A stretch of 64,000 nt of DNA from Myxococcales bacterium. GTDB taxonomy: Bacteria > Myxococcota_A > Polyangia > Haliangiales > SHYZ01. The stretch lies in assembly GCA_009692535.1 (NCBI GenBank), contig SHYZ01000003.1, positions 1,277 through 65,276 on the forward strand. The letters are read 5' to 3'. Below are positions 9,481 to 19,932 of the stretch, in pieces; position 1 is the first letter of the stretch; every line of letters begins with the position of its first letter. The notes under the pieces are model-generated. The model saw only the letters and a list, made by a program, of their open reading frames with translations, made no database searches and was not told the DNA's origin. Made by a program: the position numbers and the translations under genes.

Positions 9481-10118
9481 CCGGCGCGCGCGACGAGCTC
9501 GAGCAGTGAGCGCCCCTCGAGCACCGCGCCGAGCGGGGCCCGCTCGCACGCTACGACGAGCAGCGCGCGGGCGAGATCCTCGACGACGATCGGGCGATAG
9601 CGGTCGAGCCCGAAGAGCGTGGTGAACGCACGCGCGCCGGGAATGCCGCGGTGCCCTGCCCCCTCGAACATCGACGGGCGGAAGATCGTGTACGGCACGC
9701 CAGCGTCGCGCACGATCGCCTCGGCGCGCGCCTTCGCGTGGAGATACGCACCGAGGGGACGGCCCGCGCCAACTGAGCTGAGCAGCACAAAGTGGTCGGC
9801 GCCGACGCGCGCTGCCGACGCTGCGAGGCAAGCGGTGGTCCCGACGTCGCTCGACTCGTAGGTGTCGCCGCGCGCGAACCGCTTTTTCGTCGTGCCTATG
9901 AGTTGCACGACGGTGGTCACACCGGCCATCGCCCGGTCGAGCGCATCTGCGTCGGTGAGGTCACAGACCGCAGCGTCGGGAAACGGCACGCCGCCCGCGG
10001 CCCTTTGAACACGCACATGCGGCGTGACGCTCAGGCCGCGCTCACCGGCGAGGCGCATGAGCACACGCCCGGTCGACCCGGTCGCGCCCGCCACGAAGAG
10101 TCGCCGCTCGCCGACCAC
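9477..10118 (-). CDS. NAD(P)H-binding (NmrA/atypical SDR-like) protein
   Basis: LFVAGATGSTGR Rossmann motif near the N-terminus. Length is about 213 aa from the GTG at 10118. The longer ORF version would overlap the divergent aminotransferase. Confidence 0.7.
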   Translation of the reverse strand: MVGERRLFVAGATGSTGRVLMRLAGERGLSVTPHVRVQRAAGGVPFPDAAVCDLTDADALDRAMAGVTTVVQLIGTTKKRFARGDTYESSDVGTTACLAASAARVGADHFVLLSSVGAGRPLGAYLHAKARAEAIVRDAGVPYTIFRPSMFEGAGHRGIPGARAFTTLFGLDRYRPIVVEDLARALLVVACERAPLGAVLEGRSLLELVARAG

Positions 10119-10188
10119 GCGGCCAGCATATCGTCTGCCGCACGCGCGCCGCGGCAAAGTATCCTCTGCGCACCCGAGCGAGCCCTGC

Positions 10189-11457
10189 GTGAGCCACCCC
10201 GACACCTCCCCCCCCGGCTTCCGCGCAGTCCCGCGCACCGGCGTGATCTATGTGACCGCCGAGGCCGCGCGCCACGGCTTTCGCGCCGGCGATCCCGACT
10301 GGTGCAACCTCGGCCAAGGACAGCCCGAGACCGGTCCGCTCCCCGGCGCGCCACCGCGCATGGAGGCGGTCACGATCTCGGGCGACGATCTTGAGTACGC
10401 GCCGGTCGCTGGCCTCTGGGAGCTGCGCGAGGCGATCGCCTCCTTCTACAATCACCTGTACCGCCGCGGCATGCCGTCGCAGTACTCCGCCGAGAACGTC
10501 GCGATCTCGGGCGGCGGTCGCGCGGCGCTCACGCGAGCAGCGGCGGCACTCGGCCAGGTGAACCTCGGGCACTTCCTCCCGGACTACACGGCGTACGAGG
10601 AGCTGCTCGACGTCTTCCGGCTCTTCTCGCCAATCCCGATCCTGCTCGAAGGAGATTGCGCCTACGAGTTCACGCCGACGGATCTGCGTCGAGAGATCCT
10701 CGGACGTGGACTCTCGGCGATCCTCGTGTCGAACCCCTGCAACCCAACCGGCAAGCTGGTCTCTGGCGACGAGCTGGCCAACTGGGTCGCAGCCGCGCGC
10801 GATCTCGACTGCGCGCTGCTCTTTGATGAGTTCTATTCGCACTACGTCTGGCGCAAGCGCGTGGGCGAGCCCGACTGGATGGTGAGCGCGGCGCGATACG
10901 TCGAGGACGTGGAGCGCGATCCGGTGGTGATCTTCGACGGGCTGACCAAGAACTGGCGCTACCCCGGCTGGCGCGTGACCTGGACCGTCGGGCCGCGCGC
11001 GGTGATCGACGCGGTGGCGAGCGCGGGCTCGTTCCTCGACGGTGGGGGCTCTCGGCCGCTGCAGCGCGCGGCGATCGATCTCGTGACGCCCGAGCACGCG
11101 GCGGCAGAGACGGCGGCGATCCGCGCCGCATTTTTGCCAAAGCGCGAGCTCGTGCTGCGGCGGGCACGAGAGCTCGGCATGACGCTCGACCGCGAGCCCG
11201 ACGCTACGTTCTATGCGTGGGTGAACCTCGGCGCCCTGCCGGCGCCGATCTCCGACGGCATGTCGTTCTTCCGCGCCGCGCTCGAGCGAAAAGTGATCAC
11301 GGTGCCGGGCGAGTTCTTCGACGTGAACCCGGGCAAGCGCCGCGCCGGGCGACCGTCGCGCTTTCGCCGGCACGCGCGCATCTCGTTCGGGCCGAGCCTC
11401 GAGACCGTCGAGCGCGCGCTCGATCGCATCGCCGAGCTGGTGCGCGAGCACACATGA
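10189..11457 (+). CDS. class I/II pyridoxal-phosphate-dependent aminotransferase
   Basis: NPCNPTG, DEFYSHY and the LTKNWRYPGWRVTW (PLP-lysine) motifs. GTG start at 10189 is chosen to avoid overlap with the divergent gene. The stop lies inside the first copy of the 35-bp repeat. Confidence 0.8.
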   Translation: MSHPDTSPPGFRAVPRTGVIYVTAEAARHGFRAGDPDWCNLGQGQPETGPLPGAPPRMEAVTISGDDLEYAPVAGLWELREAIASFYNHLYRRGMPSQYSAENVAISGGGRAALTRAAAALGQVNLGHFLPDYTAYEELLDVFRLFSPIPILLEGDCAYEFTPTDLRREILGRGLSAILVSNPCNPTGKLVSGDELANWVAAARDLDCALLFDEFYSHYVWRKRVGEPDWMVSAARYVEDVERDPVVIFDGLTKNWRYPGWRVTWTVGPRAVIDAVASAGSFLDGGGSRPLQRAAIDLVTPEHAAAETAAIRAAFLPKRELVLRRARELGMTLDREPDATFYAWVNLGALPAPISDGMSFFRAALERKVITVPGEFFDVNPGKRRAGRPSRFRRHARISFGPSLETVERALDRIAELVREHT

Positions 11458-11540
11458 TCCGCATCGCCGAGCTGGTGCGCGAGCACGCATGATCCGCATC
11501 GCCGAGCTGGTGCGCGAGCACGCATGATCCGCATCGCCGA
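11425..11540 (+). repeat. 35-bp tandem repeat, 3.3 copies, spanning the aminotransferase/psuG junction
   Basis: Unit CGCATCGCCGAGCTGGTGCGCGAGCAC(A/G)CATGATC at 11425-11459, 11460-11494 and 11495-11529, plus a partial copy to 11540. There is one A/G difference. Each copy carries the ATGA stop/start overlap. Confidence 0.95.
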
Positions 11541-12417
11541 CGAGGTCGCCGCCGCACTCGCAGCCGGGCGCCCGGTCGTGGCGCTCGAGTCGACCCTCGT
11601 CGCGCACGGCCTCCCCTTTCCGCAGAACCTCGAGACCGCGCGTGCGCTCGAGGCCGCTGTGCGCACCGGCGGCGCGATCCCGGCGACGATTGCCGTGGTC
11701 GACGGCGAGGCGCGCATCGGCCTCGACGACGCCACGCTCGAGCGGCTCGCGCGCGGCGGGCGTGAGTTCGTCAAGGCCGGTGCCGCGGATCTCGCGGTCG
11801 CGATTGCCCGTGGCAGCTCGGCAGCGACGACCGTTTCGGGCACCGCGCTCCTCGCGCACCGCGCCGGCATCGCTGTCTTCGCCACCGGCGGGCTCGGCGG
11901 CGTCCACCGCGGCGACGACGACGATGTGTCCCACGACCTTGTCGCGCTCGCCGAGTTGCCGATCCTCGTGGTCTGCGCTGGGGCCAAGGCGTTCCTCGAT
12001 CTACCGCGGACCGTCGAGCGGCTCGAGTCGCTCGGCGTGCTCCTGCTCGGCTGGCGCACCCGCGAGCTGCCCGCGTTCTACAGCCGCGAGAGCGGCATCG
12101 CACTCGAGCATCGCGTCGACTCTGCTGACGAGGTCGCCCGCATGCTGCGCGCGCGCTTCGGTCTGCTCGGTCAAGGCGGCGTCCTGCTCGCTTGCCCGAT
12201 CCCCGACGCCGCGGCTGTCGCGCCCGACTTTGTGGCCGACTTTGTGGCTGACGCCGAGACTGCCGCGGCCGGCGTGAGCGGCAAGGCGCGCTCGCCCGCG
12301 ATCCTCGCCAAGCTCGCACGCCGCCCCGAGTTGCTCCACGCGAACCGCGCGCTCGCCGTCGAGAACGCGCGCGTCGCCACCGAGGTGGCCGTCGCCTACG
12401 CGGCACTGCCCGCGTAG
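11524..12417 (+). CDS. psuG: pseudouridine-5'-phosphate glycosidase
   Basis: VALESTLVAHGLPFPQNLETA, GGAIPATIAVVDG and VFATGGLGGVHRG motifs are typical of the IndA/PsuG family. Contains a 12-bp duplication (DFVADFVA) at 12226-12249. Confidence 0.85.
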   Translation: MIRIADEVAAALAAGRPVVALESTLVAHGLPFPQNLETARALEAAVRTGGAIPATIAVVDGEARIGLDDATLERLARGGREFVKAGAADLAVAIARGSSAATTVSGTALLAHRAGIAVFATGGLGGVHRGDDDDVSHDLVALAELPILVVCAGAKAFLDLPRTVERLESLGVLLLGWRTRELPAFYSRESGIALEHRVDSADEVARMLRARFGLLGQGGVLLACPIPDAAAVAPDFVADFVADAETAAAGVSGKARSPAILAKLARRPELLHANRALAVENARVATEVAVAYAALPA

Positions 12418-12429
12418 CCGGCGGACGAC

Positions 12430-14781
<2,352 letters not shown>

Positions 14782-14815
14782 CGGCTCACCTTCATCTTCA
14801 TGTTCCATGGGTCGC

Positions 14816-15169
14816 TCACGGCTGCCCCTCGCCCGCCTCGTCGTCCGGGTCGCCGTCCGGTTCCATCGTGCAGAGCAGCGGATACTCCGCCATTTCGGCG
14901 ACACGCTGCACCTCCGCGACCTTGGTCTCGGCGATCTCCTTCGCGTAGACCCCCGCGATCCCGACGCCCGCTTCGTGTACGTGCAGCATGATCTGGTTGG
15001 CCCGCGCTTCGCCGTGCCGAAAAATCGTCTGCAGCACCAGCACGACAAACTCCATCGTCGTGAAGTCGTCGTTGTGCAGCAGGACTTTGAAGCGCCGCGG
15101 CCGCGCGAGGCGGGTCGTCGTGCGCTCGGCCACCGCTGTCTCGATGTCGCTCTGCACGCGTCCGCTCAT
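14816..15169 (-). CDS. clpS: ATP-dependent Clp protease adaptor ClpS
   Basis: FKVLLHNDDFTTMEFVV...IMLHVHEAG core is typical of ClpS. The gene lies immediately upstream of clpA. Confidence 0.9.
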   Translation of the reverse strand: MSGRVQSDIETAVAERTTTRLARPRRFKVLLHNDDFTTMEFVVLVLQTIFRHGEARANQIMLHVHEAGVGIAGVYAKEIAETKVAEVQRVAEMAEYPLLCTMEPDGDPDDEAGEGQP

Positions 15170-15241
15170 GGGTCGTCACCGATGGAGATCAATGATATGG
15201 ATTTTGGCCGCCCGCAACAAAGGGAACGCGGCGAGAGGCCG

Positions 15242-17344
15242 ATGCCGACCGACGCTGAGCTGGAGCTCTCATTCTACGAGCGGTTCTTCTTCGCCCAGGG
15301 GCTCGACGCCTACCCGGTGCAGGAGGAGGCGTTTGCGCACATCTTCGCCGGGCGCAGCGTGCTGGTGACGGTGCCGACCGGGACCGGCAAGACCATGATC
15401 GGCAAGGCCGCCATCTTCCGCGCGCTCGAGCGTGGCCAGACCGCGGTCTACACCTCGCCGCTCCGCGCACTCACCGAGGAGAAGTACCGCGAACTCGCCG
15501 CCGATTTCGGCGAGGAGCGGGTCGGGTTCGCGACGGGTGACTACAAGGTGAACCCCTCGGCGCCGCTGCAGGTGGTGGTCGCCGAGATTCTCTGGAACCG
15601 AATCTACGGCACGCGCGGCGAGCGGCCTCCCGACGTGGTGGTGATGGACGAGACCCACTACTTCAACGATGGCGAGCGCGGCTACGTCTGGGAGCAGTCG
15701 ATCATCGGGCTCGATCCGCGCACGCAGTTGGTGCTGCTCTCGGCCACGATCGGCGCGCCGGAGCAGTTCTGCGCGTGGGCCTACGGCGTGCGCAAGCAGA
15801 CGCTCGAGCTGGTTCGCTCCGACGTCCGGCGCGTGCCGCTCCGCCACGATTACCGTGAGCAGTACCTGCTCGAGGTGGTGAAGGAGCTCCACGCCTCCGG
15901 CGACACGCCCGCGATCATCTTCACCTTCGGGCGTGAGCGTTGCTTCGAGCGAGCACGGCTGCTCAAGAGCTGCTCGCGTTTCACCAGCGAAGAGGAGCGC
16001 GCGCAGATCGTCGCTCTCGCCGAGCCGGTGCTCTTTCAGCGCGGTCTCGGCAAGGAGCTGACCTCGCTGCTGCTGCACGGCATCGGCGTGCACCACGCTG
16101 GCGTGCTGCCGCGCTACAAGCAGCTGGTCGAGCGACTCGCCCTCGACAAGCTCGTCAAGTTCGTGGTGTCGACCGAGACCATCGCCGCGGGCATCAACCT
16201 GCCGGCGCGGACGGTGATCTTCCCCGAGCTAAAGAAGCACATCCAGGGGAAGACGCGCCTGCTCTCGTCGGCGGAGCTGCACCAGATGGCAGGGCGCGCG
16301 GGGCGACCGCAGTTCGACACCGAGGGGCTCGCGATCGTGCTCGCGCCCGAAGAGGTCGTGCAGGAGGCGCGCAAGGAGACGCGCGAGGCGAAGAAGAGCG
16401 GCGGCAAGTCCGACGAGGCGCGTGCGTTCGTGGCCGCCTACTCGCGGGCGCGGCAGGCGGCGCACAAGAACGGTGACGTCACTTGGGATCGCGACGTGCA
16501 CGCCAAGGTGGTCGCGGGCGCACCGGCGCCGCTTATCTCGCGGGCGCGCATCACCGCCGAGCAGGTGCTCGCGATCGGGCTTCCCGACCTCTCGGTGCCG
16601 GCGCCGCCTGAGAACCTGCCGGCCTTCCTCCAGCTCGACATCCGCTCGGTGATCGCCAACCTGCTGCTGCCCGACCGCGAGAGGCAGGAGGCGCGGCAGC
16701 GGCTCGAGCAGACCATCACCAACCTCACGGCGATGGGCGTGGTCGACGAGCACGGTCGCCACATCAAGGGCCAGCTCATCGGCAAGCTGCGCGGCATCGA
16801 CGGCGCGTTCGTCTACCACGCGCTCCTGGCCCGCGCGCACAGCGTCGATGAGGCGCGCGCCCTCGTCGAGTACCTGGTCGACCACGACGTGATCCACAAG
16901 GCGGTCACGCGCGCCGACGATGAGAAGCGGCGCGACTGGATCAAGAACCGCCTGCGCGAGCGCCGCAAGGACGAGCCGCAGGTGTCGTGGGAGGACGTAG
17001 AGGCCGAGTACGAGCGCACGTTCCCGCGCGAGCTGACCGAGCCGGAGAAGCTACACGGCGAGTTCGTCGCGGGGCTGCCGCACCCTGAGCTCCACGGCGG
17101 CAAGCGCGCGAAGGCGATCCTCGCCGAGCTCGAGCGGGATGATCTCAGCTTCTTCGACTACATCGAACGGCATGGGCTGGCGCACGAGGAGGGCAACCTC
17201 TTCACCTACCTCGCGCGCGTGATGAAGGTGGCGCGGCAGATCGCCGAGGCGAGTGAGCTCGGCGAATTCGCCGAGGTGGAGCGGAGCGCGCAGCGGCTGT
17301 TGTCGGTGATCGACGAGCATGTGGCCGCGCCGGAGCGACGGTAG
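15242..17344 (+). CDS. Ski2-like DEAD/DEAH (DExH) box helicase
   Basis: Walker A VPTGTGKT, DExH box VVMDETHYF, SAT motif LSAT, and HHAGVLP...ETIAAGINLPA. ATG at 15242 has a GAGAGG RBS. Earlier in-frame ATGs exist at 15182 and 15197. Confidence 0.8.
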   Translation: MPTDAELELSFYERFFFAQGLDAYPVQEEAFAHIFAGRSVLVTVPTGTGKTMIGKAAIFRALERGQTAVYTSPLRALTEEKYRELAADFGEERVGFATGDYKVNPSAPLQVVVAEILWNRIYGTRGERPPDVVVMDETHYFNDGERGYVWEQSIIGLDPRTQLVLLSATIGAPEQFCAWAYGVRKQTLELVRSDVRRVPLRHDYREQYLLEVVKELHASGDTPAIIFTFGRERCFERARLLKSCSRFTSEEERAQIVALAEPVLFQRGLGKELTSLLLHGIGVHHAGVLPRYKQLVERLALDKLVKFVVSTETIAAGINLPARTVIFPELKKHIQGKTRLLSSAELHQMAGRAGRPQFDTEGLAIVLAPEEVVQEARKETREAKKSGGKSDEARAFVAAYSRARQAAHKNGDVTWDRDVHAKVVAGAPAPLISRARITAEQVLAIGLPDLSVPAPPENLPAFLQLDIRSVIANLLLPDRERQEARQRLEQTITNLTAMGVVDEHGRHIKGQLIGKLRGIDGAFVYHALLARAHSVDEARALVEYLVDHDVIHKAVTRADDEKRRDWIKNRLRERRKDEPQVSWEDVEAEYERTFPRELTEPEKLHGEFVAGLPHPELHGGKRAKAILAELERDDLSFFDYIERHGLAHEEGNLFTYLARVMKVARQIAEASELGEFAEVERSAQRLLSVIDEHVAAPERR

Positions 17345-17396
17345 CGGCGCGCGCCTTTGGCGGTCGCAGTGGAGACGGTTCTGTTATGACCGCCGC

Positions 17397-18893
17397 ATGA
17401 CTCGCGCCCGGCTCGCCGCACTCGCCGCACTCGCCGCACTCGCCGCACTCGCCGCCTGCGCGAGTGCGCCCGCGCCGGTACCCACTGCGCCTGCCATCAC
17501 GGCGCCCGCGCCGACGCCCACGGCGGTGCCTGCCTCTGCTCCTGCTCCTGCGCCCGCACCCGCACCGGTCGCCGAGCTGCCGATCGAAGTCCGCGATGCC
17601 GCGACCCGAATCCTCACGGCCACGCTGGCCGGGAATGCCGCTTGGGCCAAGCTCACCCACCTCACCGACCGCATCGGTCACCGACTCTCCGGCTCGAAGG
17701 CACTCGACGACGCGATCGCGTGGGCCACCGCCGCGCTCACCGCCGACGGCCACGAGCGTGTCGCCGCCGAGCCGGTGCTCGTGCCGCACTGGGTTCGCGG
17801 CGAGGAGTCCGCGACGCTGCTCGGGCCGACCCCGCGCCGGCTCGCGCTGCTCGGACTCGGCGGCTCGATCGGCACGCCGCGCCGTGGCGTCGAGGCCGAG
17901 GTGATCGTCGCGCATTCGTTCGACGAGCTCACCGCGCTCGGCGACCGCGTAAAGGGAAAGATCGTCCTCTTCGACGTGCGCATGCCGGTCTGGACCGAAG
18001 AGCACGGTCCCGGATACGGCGCAGCGGTGGTCTACCGATACCGTGGCGCATCGGCGGCGGCGAAGCAGGGCGCGGTCGCGATGCTGCTCCGCTCGCTCAC
18101 CGCGCGCAGCCTTCGCTCGCCGCACACCGGCAGCATGGGCTACGAGGAGGGCGTCGCGAAGATCCCCGCCGCCGCGCTGTCGATCGAGGACGCCGAGCTC
18201 CTCGCACGCCTCGCCGCAGCGGGCGCCGCGCCGCGCGTACGCCTCGTCATGGGCGCGAAGCAGCTCCCCGACGCGCCGTCGGCCAACGTGGTCGCCGAGC
18301 TGCGTGGCCGCGAGCGCCCCGACGAGATCGTCGTGATCGGCGGCCACCTCGACTCATGGGACGTCGGCCAAGGCGCGCACGACGACGGCGCCGGCTGCGT
18401 GATCGCGATGGAGGCGCTCAGCATGCTGCGCAAGCTCGGCCTCCGTCCGCGTCGGACAATCCGCGTCGTGCTCTACACCAACGAGGAGAACGGCGTGCGC
18501 GGCGCGCGCGGCTACGCGGCGGCGCACAAGGACGAGCTCACACGCCACGTCGCCGCGATCGAGTCCGACTCGGGTGGCTTCGCGCCGTGGGGCTTCTCCG
18601 CCTCCGAGGAGACCTCGGCCGCGCGGCTCGCCCACCTGGCCCGCCTCACGACGCTGCTCGCACCGATCGGCGCGACACGCACCGAGGCGAGCGGCTCCGG
18701 CACCGACGTGGAGATTTCACTCGCGGGCTCAAGCGCCCTGCTGCTCGGGCTCGGCGTCGACGGCTCGCACTACTTTGACTACCACCACTCCGACGGCGAC
18801 ACGCTCGACAAGGTCGACCCCGGGGCGCTGAGCAAGAACGTCGCGGCGATGGCGGTGATGGCCTACGCCCTCGCCGAACTCGACCTGCCGTAG
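17397..18893 (+). CDS. M28 family metallopeptidase lipoprotein with PA domain
   Basis: Lipobox LAACAS, Ala/Pro linker, GGHLDSWDVGQGAHDDGAG and YTNEENG zinc-ligand motifs. The signal peptide is encoded by 5 copies of a 9-bp repeat (17412-17456). Confidence 0.8.
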   Translation: MTRARLAALAALAALAALAACASAPAPVPTAPAITAPAPTPTAVPASAPAPAPAPAPVAELPIEVRDAATRILTATLAGNAAWAKLTHLTDRIGHRLSGSKALDDAIAWATAALTADGHERVAAEPVLVPHWVRGEESATLLGPTPRRLALLGLGGSIGTPRRGVEAEVIVAHSFDELTALGDRVKGKIVLFDVRMPVWTEEHGPGYGAAVVYRYRGASAAAKQGAVAMLLRSLTARSLRSPHTGSMGYEEGVAKIPAAALSIEDAELLARLAAAGAAPRVRLVMGAKQLPDAPSANVVAELRGRERPDEIVVIGGHLDSWDVGQGAHDDGAGCVIAMEALSMLRKLGLRPRRTIRVVLYTNEENGVRGARGYAAAHKDELTRHVAAIESDSGGFAPWGFSASEETSAARLAHLARLTTLLAPIGATRTEASGSGTDVEISLAGSSALLLGLGVDGSHYFDYHHSDGDTLDKVDPGALSKNVAAMAVMAYALAELDLP

Positions 18894-18907
18894 TCACGCA
18901 TCAGCCG

Positions 18908-19930
18908 TCACGCACCGGCCGTGTCGCGCGCGAGCCCAGCGACCGCCGCGACCCACGCCGGCGTCGCGTTGAGCGACGGCACCAGCGTGAGCGACTCGCC
19001 GCCCTGCGCGAGGAAGTCGGCGCGCGCACGGATCGCGATCTCCTCGAGCGTCTCGAGACAGTCAGCGACGAACGCAGGGCAGAAGACCACCACGCGCCGC
19101 TTCCCCGCCGCGAGCAGCCGCGGCAAGTCCTCGTCGGTGAACGGACGGATCCAGGGCGTGCGCCCGAGCCGCGACTGGAACGCGACGCTCCACCCGTCCG
19201 CCGCCAGTCCGAGCCGTGCCGCGATCGCACGCGCGGTGCCGACACACTGCGCGCGGTAACAGCCACGTCCCGCCGCTGCCGCCGAGTCGCAGCAGTCCGG
19301 CGCGGTGAGACAGTGACTCGCTGTTGGATCGGCGCGACGGATCTGCCGCTCGGGCAGACCATGAAAGCTCATCAGCACGTGATCGGGCCGCTCACGCTCG
19401 AGCACCTCGGCACCGACTGCGGCGAACGCGTCGATGAAGCGGGGATCGTCGTGGAACGAGCCGGTGACCGAGATCGCCGGGACGACCTGGAGCCCCGAGG
19501 CCACGCGAAACGCCTCTTCCACCGACGAGCCGGTCGCCGCCGACGAGTACTGCGGGTAGAGCGGCAGCAGCACGATCCGCGACACGCCCGCCGCATGCAG
19601 CGCGACCAGCGCGGCGCCCAGCGACGGCGTGCCGTAGCGCATGCCGAGTTCAACCTTCCAGTCACTGCCGAGCTCCGTCTGCACCGCCGCCGCGAGCGCG
19701 CGTCCATGCACGAGCAGCGGCGAGCCTCCCGGCCCCCACACCTTGCGGTACGCCGCCGCGCTCTTCTTCGGGCGCGTCGGCAAGATCACGCACTCGAGCA
19801 GCAGCAGCCGAAGCGGCGCGGCAATGTCGATCACGCGCGGGTCAGAGAGGAACTCGCGCAGGTAGCGCCGCACCGCCGCGGTCTCGGGGGCGTCGGGGGT
19901 GCCAAGGTTCACCAGCAGCAGGCCGCGCAC
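18908..19930 (-). CDS. hemH: ferrochelatase
   Basis: LLVNLGTPDAP...VRRYLREFLSDPRVI N-terminus, LPLYPQYS and SFHGLP motifs. The GTG start is 2 nt downstream of the preceding gene's stop. Confidence 0.9.
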   Translation of the reverse strand: MRGLLLVNLGTPDAPETAAVRRYLREFLSDPRVIDIAAPLRLLLLECVILPTRPKKSAAAYRKVWGPGGSPLLVHGRALAAAVQTELGSDWKVELGMRYGTPSLGAALVALHAAGVSRIVLLPLYPQYSSAATGSSVEEAFRVASGLQVVPAISVTGSFHDDPRFIDAFAAVGAEVLERERPDHVLMSFHGLPERQIRRADPTASHCLTAPDCCDSAAAAGRGCYRAQCVGTARAIAARLGLAADGWSVAFQSRLGRTPWIRPFTDEDLPRLLAAGKRRVVVFCPAFVADCLETLEEIAIRARADFLAQGGESLTLVPSLNATPAWVAAVAGLARDTAGA

Positions 19931-19932
19931 GC

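Noticed and set aside
14782-14808. Alternative clpA start at ATG 14808 (MEHEDEGEP extension)
   Set aside because: ClpA N-domains normally begin directly with the helix matched by MTITRGLE, and ATG 14781 has a better-spaced GAAGGTGAG RBS. The alternative start cannot be excluded.
17464-17575. Ala/Pro-rich repeat DNA in the M28 peptidase (and similar AP linkers at 130-170 and 60450-60560) as a special element
   Set aside because: These are ordinary low-complexity linkers following signal peptides or lipoboxes in high-GC secreted proteins.
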